Shown here: positions 48,439-56,737 of the stretch, one piece after another | How the letters are laid out: every line of letters begins with the position of its first letter | How positions within the stretch are numbered: the stretch's first letter is position 1 | Origin: Thermoproteota archaeon | Lineage (GTDB): Archaea > Korarchaeota > Korarchaeia > Korarchaeales > Korarchaeaceae | Direction of reading: 5' to 3' | Assembly (NCBI GenBank): GCA_027491395.1 | Contig: JAOZFI010000006.1 | Location: forward strand, 32,001-96,000 | DNA length: 64,000 nucleotides | Notes under the pieces: generated by a model | Told to the model about the DNA's origin: nothing | The model's database searches: none | Seen by the model: only the letters and a program-made list of their open reading frames with translations | Made by a program: the position numbers and the translations under genes

Positions 48439-48776
48439 TCATTACCCCCGCATTCCTTCTTGAACAGTATCTGATACTGCAAACTGGTAAACCCGTAGTT
48501 TTGAAGTACCCTTTCCAAGTCCGAGGAGAAACGACATGGGATGGAGCAAACCGGAGTTCTCTTCACATAATACGCTATGTATTTCCACTCTTGGTCCTCG
48601 TCATCTAGAAGATCTGCTAGGGACCTGAGCCTCCTCTTAGAGGAGAGCACAGATCTAATGAAGGCGAGAGTGAGGTCAACCGCTAAATCTAACGACTTAT
48701 CTGACTTGAACCCTTCCCTCCTCGCAAGCTCCCTTACTGCAGAAGAGATGACCTCCTCCAGTTCGTCCGCTGCCAA
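48435..48776 (-). CDS. hypothetical protein
   Basis: Protein-like ORF whose stop overlaps the next start; the 5' part of the ORF-track call overlaps tRNA-Gly so start moved to TTG 48776. Confidence 0.6.
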   Translation of the reverse strand: MAADELEEVISSAVRELARREGFKSDKSLDLAVDLTLAFIRSVLSSKRRLRSLADLLDDEDQEWKYIAYYVKRTPVCSIPCRFSSDLERVLQNYGFTSLQYQILFKKECGGND

Positions 48777-48796
48777 GACGCGACACCTGTATGTTA

Positions 48797-48873
48797 TGGT
48801 GCGGCCGCCGGGATTTGAACCCGGGTCTCCGGCTTGGAGGGCCGGCATCCTGTCCAGGCTAGACTACGGCCGC
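48797..48873 (-). tRNA. tRNA-Gly(TCC), encoded CCA, C at position 33
   Basis: GCGGCCG/CGGCCGC stem, CCGGC-CCTCCAA-GCCGG, GTTCAAATC. Confidence 0.93.
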
Positions 48874-49078
48874 CAGCTGTCTATGCTGCCTTCTGGATCT
48901 AAAAACTTTAGCTCAGCACCCGCGCTGGGGGAGTTGCGAAACGAATTAGTAAATATATTTATTGATGATAACTGGTTATGCCATACCGAAACTAGAAGAA
49001 TCCGTCCACAGTAGTTTATTATAACGCAGCGATCTTAGAGGATGAGTAGGGCTAGGGACCCGCTCATTGATAAGTTTA

Positions 49079-49096
49079 GCGAAACTTTTATATATG
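49079..49096 (+). promoter_or_regulatory. BRE-TATA promoter of tfb
   Basis: GCGAAAC followed by TTTTATATAT about 35-40 bp upstream of the likely start. Confidence 0.6.
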
Positions 49097-49128
49097 CATA
49101 TAGGGGTCTACACTTCGGCAATTTACTA

Positions 49129-50154
49129 ATGGGGTGGTGGGTTTTCCTGTCTCGGGAGAAGAGAGATTATCCTAAGGCCGCCGAACCTTCCTCTCAAGAA
49201 GAGGAGGAGCTAAGGTGCCCTAGATGCGGGAGCACTAACATAGTGGAGGATCCTGAAACTGGGGACCTGGTTTGTCAAGATTGCGGCCTCATTATAGATT
49301 CAAGCGTCCTGAACTTCTCGAAGGACTGGCGGGCCTTCGATTCAGATGAATACATGGAGAGGGCTCACGCCGGTGCCCCGGTTACTCCATTAAGACCGGG
49401 CTTCGGTCTCGACACCGAGATAACTCTTACTAGAGGACTAAGCAAGAAATCCGTGAACCAATTGAAGAGGACCCAGAAGCATGTGGCGGACTCCAAGGAG
49501 AAGACCGTGGAACCTGCCCTAAGGAAGATAAGAGATGCTGCTGAGTCTCTAAACCTACCGCAAGAGACTGTCGAGGATGCAGCCACTCTCTACAGGATGG
49601 CCGCACGGGCTGGACTGGTTAAAGGGAGAAGCATGGATGCCATGGTAGCCGCGGTCATCTATGCCGCCTGTAGGAGAACAGATGTACCTAGGACCTTAGA
49701 GGAGGTATCGAGATACTTCTCTCTGGAGGAGAAAGAGGTTGGGAGGAGCTTCAGGTTCCTGTTCAGGAAGCTAGGGATACAGATACCTCCACCGAAACCG
49801 GAGAATTTTGTATATCTCATATGCTCCAAGCTGAACCTCCCTGAAGAGATCGCGACGCAAGCAATAAGGATAATCAAGATAGCCAAGAAGAACGGAGCTA
49901 CGATGGGAAGAGAGCCGGTAGGCGTGGCCGCAGCAGCAGTCTACATGGCCTGCCAAGAGTTAGGCATACACAGGACTCAGAGAGAGCTAGCTCAGGCAGC
50001 TAACGTTACTGAGGTCACCGTGAGGAATAGGTACAAGGAACTCATCCAGAAGGCCCGCAAAGAATGGTTAGATGAGATAGGAGAGGAAAGATTGAATGAA
50101 ATAAAGAAGAGAATAGCCGAGAAGGTGAAAGCAGCCTCACAGGTGAAAGAATAA
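49129..50154 (+). CDS. tfb: transcription initiation factor IIB
   Basis: CPRC...CQDCG Zn ribbon, WRAF, two cyclin repeats, VTEVTVRNRYKEL; start uncertain (ATG 49129 or CTG 49147). Confidence 0.96.
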   Translation: MGWWVFLSREKRDYPKAAEPSSQEEEELRCPRCGSTNIVEDPETGDLVCQDCGLIIDSSVLNFSKDWRAFDSDEYMERAHAGAPVTPLRPGFGLDTEITLTRGLSKKSVNQLKRTQKHVADSKEKTVEPALRKIRDAAESLNLPQETVEDAATLYRMAARAGLVKGRSMDAMVAAVIYAACRRTDVPRTLEEVSRYFSLEEKEVGRSFRFLFRKLGIQIPPPKPENFVYLICSKLNLPEEIATQAIRIIKIAKKNGATMGREPVGVAAAAVYMACQELGIHRTQRELAQAANVTEVTVRNRYKELIQKARKEWLDEIGEERLNEIKKRIAEKVKAASQVKE

Positions 50155-50193
50155 TCTTTTTATTCCCCTTCAACGGCTCCATGGTGAGTTGGA

Positions 50194-50337
50194 ATGTATC
50201 AGTGCCTAAGGTGCGGCTACATCTTCACTAAGGAGGAGATGGAGGAATACTTCAAGGACTTTAAATGCCCTAGATGCGGGTACAGGATCCTAAGGAAAGT
50301 GAGGAAAGAGGAACCCAAGGTGGTGAAGGCGATCTGA
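50194..50337 (+). CDS. rpoP: RNA polymerase subunit P (Rpo12); missed by the ORF track
   Basis: Manual translation MYQCLRCGYIFTKEEMEEYFKDFKCPRCGYRILRKVRKEEPKVVKAI; GGTGA SD upstream. Confidence 0.92.
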   Translation: MYQCLRCGYIFTKEEMEEYFKDFKCPRCGYRILRKVRKEEPKVVKAI

Positions 50338-50338
50338 G

Positions 50339-50911
50339 TTGCCAGCCGATGAGGCGAACAAGTGGTTAACAAAGGAAATACTCACGCTGGCCGTATTATT
50401 CCTGATCTTTTTAGCATTCTTCAAGGTAGTCCTACCCCTGCTGACAGGTGTGGACTCCCCATTTACCGTGGTGACATCGGGATCGATGAGACCCACCTTG
50501 GAAGTGGGGGATCTACTCATAGTGGTGGGCGCTGACCCTTACAATCTAAAGGTAGGGGACATAATAGTGTTCAGAGTCCCTTGGTCGAGCTCGCTCATAG
50601 TCCACAGGATAATCAGAATAGACATGAGCATGAACGGGCCAGTCTTTTACACTAAGGGAGATAACAACGCGCTTCCTGATCCGGGTTTCAGGACCTCTAG
50701 GGACATATACGGCAAAGTGGTTCTCAGAATTCCCTACTTGGGTTCCGCTCTGGAGCTGCTCCAGTCGCTTCCAGCCAAGCTGGCGATTGTCGGAATTATT
50801 GCAGCCTATCTCCTCTATGAGTATTCCAAGGTATTAGGAAAGGAGAGTACCGATAATGAGCCTTATGAGCTTTACACAACCGAACAAGACGATAAATGGG
50901 AAGAAACCTGA
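50339..50911 (+). CDS. signal peptidase I (Sec11 type)
   Basis: VVTSGSMRP, GDII, IVHR, TKGDNN..PD. Confidence 0.93.
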   Translation: MPADEANKWLTKEILTLAVLFLIFLAFFKVVLPLLTGVDSPFTVVTSGSMRPTLEVGDLLIVVGADPYNLKVGDIIVFRVPWSSSLIVHRIIRIDMSMNGPVFYTKGDNNALPDPGFRTSRDIYGKVVLRIPYLGSALELLQSLPAKLAIVGIIAAYLLYEYSKVLGKESTDNEPYELYTTEQDDKWEET

Positions 50912-51040
50912 AATTCTAGTGATTAGAGGTATCTAGTGGTAGATCAAGTGGGGGAATAAAGGAGGCCCAAGTGGGGGAAGGTAGCTGCCTCTCCTTTATA
51001 TATAATGGGCCACTCGGATAGTAGTGAAACGGGGAAAACT

Positions 51041-51676
51041 ATGTCATTCGACGATAGTGAAAGCGAAGTAATGGAAGAAAAATCCACAAAAAAGGAAGAT
51101 GTGGAAGAAATTTTAAGAAGGCTGAGGGAGCCCGAGATAACCATCCAGAACGTCGTGTCATCAGCTGACATAAGGCAGAGACTCGATCTACACGAGATTG
51201 CCAAGAAGATAAAGAAATCAAGGTATGATCCGGAGAAGTTCCCCGGACTAGTGCTCAAGCTAGATGAACCCAAGGCCGCCCTCCTGCTCTTCAGCAGTGG
51301 GAAGTTCGTATGCACTGGTACTAAGTCCGTAGAGGAATCGGCTAGAGCCATAAATGCGGCGATAGAGGTCCTCAAGAAGCATGGGATAGAGGTCAAAAGG
51401 AGGCCTCTCATCAAGGCAGAGAACATAGTTGCTTCCGCAAAGCTCTTCGTCAAGGTAGACATAGAGAAACTGGCTTTGGAGCTTCCTAACACTCTCTACG
51501 AGCCAGAACAGTTCCCAGGTCTGATATTCAGGATGAAGGATCCCGATGTAGTTTTCCTGATATTCGCCTCTGGAAGCCTAGTTTGTACCGGTGCGAAGAA
51601 GGAGTCTGATGTAAAGAGGGCAGTCTATAAATTGAGGAGGATCCTAGCTGAAGGCGGATATCTAGTTTTCGATTGA
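51041..51676 (+). CDS. tbp: TATA-box binding protein
   Basis: QNVVSS, YDPEKFPGL, GKFVCTG, YEPEQFPGL; start placed downstream of the TTTATATATA box near 50996. Confidence 0.97.
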   Translation: MSFDDSESEVMEEKSTKKEDVEEILRRLREPEITIQNVVSSADIRQRLDLHEIAKKIKKSRYDPEKFPGLVLKLDEPKAALLLFSSGKFVCTGTKSVEESARAINAAIEVLKKHGIEVKRRPLIKAENIVASAKLFVKVDIEKLALELPNTLYEPEQFPGLIFRMKDPDVVFLIFASGSLVCTGAKKESDVKRAVYKLRRILAEGGYLVFD

Positions 51677-51740
51677 ATGCCGGTTCTCTCGACTCCAGCT
51701 CTTTTTATTTTAGTCAGGCGCTAACTGTGGGGGTGGGTCC

Positions 51741-52838
51741 ATGGTAAAGACGACAGTCTCAGTCATCAAAGCCGATATAGGTGGTCTGGCCGGGCATCAC
51801 GTGGTTCACCCCAAGCTCAAGGAAGTAGCTGCTCAGGAGCTGTCTAAAGCCAAAGACTCTAGGCTTATAGAGGATTTCTACGTGACGGCAGTAGGGGATG
51901 ACCTTCAACTGATAATGACACACAGGAAAGGAGTAGAGAACCCCGAAATCCACGAACTGGCTTGGAATGTTTTCAAGAAAGGTACTGAGGTGGCGAAGGA
52001 GTTAGGACTCTATGGTGCGGGACAGGACCTCCTAAAGGATGCGTTCTCAGGAAATCTAAAGGGCATGGGACCTGGAGTGGCTGAAATGGAGTTCGAAGAG
52101 AGGCCATCTGATCCTTTAATTGTGTTCATGGCGGATAAGACCGAACCGGGCGCCTTCAACCTCCCCATGTTCCGGATATTCGCGGATCCCTTCAACACAG
52201 CCGGCTTGGTTATAGACCCTAGGCTCCACGACGGTTTCATATTCGAGATAATGGATGTGATGGAGAGCAAGGTCGTGGAGATGTCCTCTCCGGAGGAGAT
52301 GTACGACATCCTCTCCCTAATCGGTACTCCAGGCAGATATGTGATACGCAGGGTGTTTAGGAAGTCCGATAGAGAGATAGCAGCCGTGGTCAGTACAACT
52401 AGGCTGAACCTGATCGCTGGCAAGTATGTGGGTAAGGACGATCCCGTAGCTATAGTTAGGGCGCAAAGCGGATTTCCGGCGCTAGGAGAGGTGCTCGAAC
52501 CCTTCTCGTTCCCCTTCTTGGTAGCTGGCTGGATGAGAGGATCTCACCACGGTCCCCTCATGCCCGTCTCCGAGGCCGACGCGAGGCCCAGTAGATTCGA
52601 TGGCCCTCCCAGAATAGTCGCCTTAGGATTCCAAGTGCAGGACTCCAAGCTAATAGGACCGAGCGATCTCTTCTCTGATGTGGCCTTTGATGAAGCTAGG
52701 AGAATGGCCAACATGATAACTGACTACATGAGGAGGCACGGTCCCTTCATGCCACATAGACTCGGACCCGAGGAGATGGAGTACACGACATTGCCCAAGG
52801 TACTTGAGAAATTGAAGGACAGGTTCAGGCCCGAGTGA
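51741..52838 (+). CDS. fbp: fructose-1,6-bisphosphate aldolase/phosphatase
   Basis: SVIKADIG, GDD, GLYGAGQDLL, DKTEPGA, YVGKDDP, GWMRGSH, EMEYT. Confidence 0.97.
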   Translation: MVKTTVSVIKADIGGLAGHHVVHPKLKEVAAQELSKAKDSRLIEDFYVTAVGDDLQLIMTHRKGVENPEIHELAWNVFKKGTEVAKELGLYGAGQDLLKDAFSGNLKGMGPGVAEMEFEERPSDPLIVFMADKTEPGAFNLPMFRIFADPFNTAGLVIDPRLHDGFIFEIMDVMESKVVEMSSPEEMYDILSLIGTPGRYVIRRVFRKSDREIAAVVSTTRLNLIAGKYVGKDDPVAIVRAQSGFPALGEVLEPFSFPFLVAGWMRGSHHGPLMPVSEADARPSRFDGPPRIVALGFQVQDSKLIGPSDLFSDVAFDEARRMANMITDYMRRHGPFMPHRLGPEEMEYTTLPKVLEKLKDRFRPE

Positions 52839-53514
52839 TTTCCACGAAAGGCTCCACCAACTCTTCCATTTTTTCGTAAGGATTTGGACTTTTGGCTACA
52901 GCGGAGGCAACAAGCACACCATAGCTACCGAGCCTTATCGCAGCTCTTACATCTTCTCCACTGGTGATTCCTGCACCGCAGAGGAGATCAACGTTAGGAT
53001 TGACATCTATCACGGCCTTAAGCGAGTTCTGAACGACCTCCGGTTTGGCCTTTGATACCGGAATGCCCGTTCCGATGAGTTCAGGAGGTTCTATGGCGAC
53101 CGCGTCTGGGGATAAGGCCGCGACGGCTGCCGACTCTTGAGGCGTTGGAGCGCACACTATGGGAGAGAGACCCAATTCTTTCAGCTTTGTAACGGCCACA
53201 CTTATATGATGGAGCTCTATCTGCTTCTCAGAATGGTTCAACAGGGAACCTCTAGCACCAGACTTTTTTACGAGTTCAGGCGGAATATGACCCGTGTGGG
53301 CCCCCGGGTCTATGGGATCCACATGCTGGGAGTACACTGGGATATCAACGCTTTCCGCCACTACTTTCAAATCCAGTACATTCGGAGCAATGCCGATAAG
53401 AACCCCTGTTTCCCTCCAGACCTTCTCCGCTTGTCTAGCTATCTCCACGGCCTTCACTCCCGAAGCCTGTGAGTATGTCTTCAGGTTAACCAGCAGCCTA
53501 GGAACCTCTGTCAT
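52825..53514 (-). CDS. tpiA: triosephosphate isomerase (archaeal type)
   Basis: VNLKTY, LLNHSE, EPPELIGTG, GAGI, GVLVAS. Confidence 0.96.
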   Translation of the reverse strand: MTEVPRLLVNLKTYSQASGVKAVEIARQAEKVWRETGVLIGIAPNVLDLKVVAESVDIPVYSQHVDPIDPGAHTGHIPPELVKKSGARGSLLNHSEKQIELHHISVAVTKLKELGLSPIVCAPTPQESAAVAALSPDAVAIEPPELIGTGIPVSKAKPEVVQNSLKAVIDVNPNVDLLCGAGITSGEDVRAAIRLGSYGVLVASAVAKSPNPYEKMEELVEPFVEITRA

Positions 53515-53573
53515 AATTTAGTTGCTCTCCCAAATCTTAATCAGCTTTTTGTTAGGTGGGGATCCCGATTGAA

Positions 53574-54437
53574 ATGAAGCTGGATTACAGGTGCCCCGCC
53601 TGTATATTTAAGGTGGCAGCTAGAGAGGCTAGGTATGTACCGACCGATAGGAGACTTCCCTTTGTCAGGGATGTAGTGCGGGCCCTCCACTCTATGATGG
53701 ACGAGGCTCCTACTCCCGCTCACATAGCGGCCGAGAGGGAGAAACTCCTCAAATCATACTCTGGATCGGAAGATCCCTATGCGACCAGAAAGGGGGAGCT
53801 AATAGAACTAGTCCTAAAGGATCTAGTTCCCCTGATAGAGGAAGAGCTAGTTAACCTACCTGAGGGCTACCACAGGTTCAGATGGCTTGCCCTGAACTCC
53901 GCATCGGCGAACGGATACGAAGTCCCACTAATGGGGGGAAAAGACCTCGTAGAGAGGTTCACCAAGGTGGTAGCTAGGGACCTAGAGATAGACGGCACTG
54001 AGGAGGCGTTCGATATAATAACTAAAGCCGGTCCGGGGGACATAATATCCTTCATCTTCGACAACGCCCACGAAGCCCCAATAGACTTAATCCTAGTCAA
54101 GTATCTAGAACAGATGGGCAAGACCGTATATCTGTTTGCGAAAAAGTCTCCCATGGCTGACGATCTGACTGTGGAGGAACTACGATCACTGCACAAGTCA
54201 CCCTACATCTTCGGTTTGAGTTCCCCGCTTGGAGTCATGCCTGAAAGGGAGACGGAGGTTAACATGAACATCCTTAGATCCTCGAAGCTTATCATAGCCA
54301 AGGGGATGGCCAGCTACGAGACCCTCACCGAGGTGGACTTAGGTGTAAAGGTATTACACTTGCTCACACTAAAATGCGAGGCCGTTGCAGAACATGCTGG
54401 TGGAAAGCTGGGGAGCCCAGTAGCCATAATGAGGTGA
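53574..54437 (+). CDS. DUF89/ARMT1-like damage-control phosphatase family protein
   Basis: CPAC, DPY...K, DNA.E, IIAKGMA.YE, KC..VA. Confidence 0.8.
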   Translation: MKLDYRCPACIFKVAAREARYVPTDRRLPFVRDVVRALHSMMDEAPTPAHIAAEREKLLKSYSGSEDPYATRKGELIELVLKDLVPLIEEELVNLPEGYHRFRWLALNSASANGYEVPLMGGKDLVERFTKVVARDLEIDGTEEAFDIITKAGPGDIISFIFDNAHEAPIDLILVKYLEQMGKTVYLFAKKSPMADDLTVEELRSLHKSPYIFGLSSPLGVMPERETEVNMNILRSSKLIIAKGMASYETLTEVDLGVKVLHLLTLKCEAVAEHAGGKLGSPVAIMR

Positions 54438-54441
54438 TAGG

Positions 54442-55056
54442 ATGGCGGAGTTCTCTATGGGGGAGGGAGAATACCTAGTCAGGCTAGCTAGAAAATCTAT
54501 AGAGCACTACATGGAAAGGAGATCAGTTCTCGAGGTCGATCCTCCCTATTCCAAGCTGAAGATCCCTTACGGAGCCTTCGTAACCCTGAGCACATATCCT
54601 GAGAGAAATCTTAGAGGCTGCATAGGTTATCCGGAACCTATTCTGCCCCTTTACAAGGCCGTCATAAGGGCAGCCATAGCGGCGGCTTTCGAGGATCCTA
54701 GGTTCCCTCCTCTAGCTAAGGAGGAGCTTGATAGGGTCGCAGTCGAGGTCTCAATACTGACCCCTCCCGAGAGGATAGACGACAAAGTGGAGAGCAGGTT
54801 CGATCTACGGAGGATGGTGAAAGTGGGGAAACATGGACTGATAGTTCGCCGCGGTGTGTATTCCGGCCTCTTGCTTCCACAGGTCGCCGTGGAATACTCT
54901 TGGGACTCCGAAGAATTTCTAAGCCAGACTTGTATCAAAGCCGGAATGTGGGTGGACTGCTGGCTCAAGGAGGGAACTGAAGTATATAGGTTCACTGCGG
55001 AGATCTTTGAGGAAGAGAAACCCAGGAGACGGATCATCAGGAGAGAGATAGGATAA
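54442..55056 (+). CDS. AMMECR1 family protein
   Basis: GAFVT, LRGCIG, DPRFPP, EVSILT, GLLLPQV, C.KAG. Confidence 0.93.
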   Translation: MAEFSMGEGEYLVRLARKSIEHYMERRSVLEVDPPYSKLKIPYGAFVTLSTYPERNLRGCIGYPEPILPLYKAVIRAAIAAAFEDPRFPPLAKEELDRVAVEVSILTPPERIDDKVESRFDLRRMVKVGKHGLIVRRGVYSGLLLPQVAVEYSWDSEEFLSQTCIKAGMWVDCWLKEGTEVYRFTAEIFEEEKPRRRIIRREIG

Positions 55057-55070
55057 GAAGGTTCGATCGC

Positions 55071-56252
55071 ATGCCGAGGGCCTACTTCTCACCCTTAGGT
55101 ATAGGATACGGACACGCGTCTAGATCCTTGAACCTAGCTAGAAGGCTTAAGAAAGAGGGATTCTCCATCTTCTTCTCAGCATACGGAGATGCCTCCTCTT
55201 ATCTGATGGGGGCGGAGGAAGTGGAGGTTGTGTATTGCGGTGAGGAAATGCTATGGAAGCAGAAGCCGGATGGAAGCCCTGACCTCTGGGGGACGCTCAA
55301 GAGTTTATCTGAACTGAGGAACTTCCTTCACCACATAAAGACCGAGAAGGAGAACATAGAGGCAGCATCTCCAGATGTCGTAGTATCCGACTCCAGAATA
55401 TCCACATTGATCGCAGCTCAGTACCTTGGAGTGCCCAGCGTCGTGGTGCTCAACCAACCTAAATTACTCCTCTCGCCCCTCATGAGGAGAAACACTCCTC
55501 CAGATGATCTAAGTGATAGCGAGGGTTACAGCGTACTATCCACAGTGGTGGAGAAGCTACTCAACACGGCGATAACTAGGTTCTGGGGGCTCTCCCAAGC
55601 ATCAATAATAGCGGATTTTCCTCCACCCTTCAGCATATCCAAGTACCATACCTCAGATCTCCCGAAACCTCTCATGGACAGGATAGTCTTCTCAGGCCCC
55701 CTGATAGAGCCTAACTGCAGACCGGGCAGGAAAGAGGACGTGATCCTGATAATGATATCTGGACCAGGCGCCGAGAGAAAGTCCTTGGCTGATGTTATAC
55801 TGAAACTCCTGAATGACATACCGAAGGATCTCAGGGACTACGAATTCATAGTATCCTTGGGTGAGCCGTCCAATTCCGGAGACGAGGAGGTCCGGGACAA
55901 CGTGAAGATATACAAGTGGCTGCCTGACAAGTGGAGCGTCTTGGAGAGGGCTAGGCTGGTGGTTTCCAGAGCTGGGCATACGACTATCACTGAGGCGCTC
56001 ATGTGCGGGAAGCCCCTCCTGTTGATACCCGTTCCGGGACAGACGGAAAAAATGGAGAACGCCCGCTCCATAGAAGAGATGGGTCTGGGCAGGATGGTCA
56101 GGCAGTCAGAGGTGGAGGCTAAGTTCTTTGAGGTGTTGAGATCCCTGCTTAAGCAAGAGTATGAGAGGAGGGTTAAGAGGTTCAGGGAGAGATTTAAAGA
56201 CTGGAATTTCCTAGATAGGGCAGCTGGGATAATAGAGTCAGTTCTCTACTGA
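55071..56252 (+). CDS. GT-B glycosyltransferase, GT28/MurG-like
   Basis: G.GHASR, VVSD, GP, SRAGHTT..EA, IP..GQTE...NA. Confidence 0.85.
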   Translation: MPRAYFSPLGIGYGHASRSLNLARRLKKEGFSIFFSAYGDASSYLMGAEEVEVVYCGEEMLWKQKPDGSPDLWGTLKSLSELRNFLHHIKTEKENIEAASPDVVVSDSRISTLIAAQYLGVPSVVVLNQPKLLLSPLMRRNTPPDDLSDSEGYSVLSTVVEKLLNTAITRFWGLSQASIIADFPPPFSISKYHTSDLPKPLMDRIVFSGPLIEPNCRPGRKEDVILIMISGPGAERKSLADVILKLLNDIPKDLRDYEFIVSLGEPSNSGDEEVRDNVKIYKWLPDKWSVLERARLVVSRAGHTTITEALMCGKPLLLIPVPGQTEKMENARSIEEMGLGRMVRQSEVEAKFFEVLRSLLKQEYERRVKRFRERFKDWNFLDRAAGIIESVLY

Positions 56253-56737
56253 ACTAAAGATTTGGTTACCGCCCATCTCAGTGCTCTAAAGATTCTCTCC
56301 AAGTTATTCAGTTCATCGACTTGGATCCTTATTGCTCTGAGTCTGCCGTCAGGATATTCGTCGATCTCGCATCTCCCCCCGTACTCCTCCACTTTTCTCA
56401 TGAGGAACGAGCTTATGGGCCTCTCCCTGGCATCTACTACCACGTTTTCGGTCGGCACGAACGCAATACTGCCCGTTCTCTTGTTAACCCTGGCGATACC
56501 GATCAAAGTGCCGTCCTCCGAGGTGAGCCTCCTCTCCTCTACATCCCTAGGCTGCTGAATCTCAGGTTCCGACTTGAGTTGATCTGCAGTCACTAGGGTC
56601 TGCTCTAACAGGACCTGATCAAGGGCCTCGACCATTTCCCTCAACTGAAGGACTTCCCTCTCCAACTTCTCTATCCTCCTCTTCAGGAACTCCCTGAGCT
56701 TGAGTAAATTCTTTATCCTCTCACTCCTTTCGGACAA
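56246..56737 (-). CDS. hypothetical protein with N-terminal coiled coil
   Basis: Heptad-rich N-terminus followed by an alpha/beta domain; overlaps the lysS stop. Confidence 0.7.
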   Translation of the reverse strand: MSERSERIKNLLKLREFLKRRIEKLEREVLQLREMVEALDQVLLEQTLVTADQLKSEPEIQQPRDVEERRLTSEDGTLIGIARVNKRTGSIAFVPTENVVVDARERPISSFLMRKVEEYGGRCEIDEYPDGRLRAIRIQVDELNNLERIFRALRWAVTKSLVQ

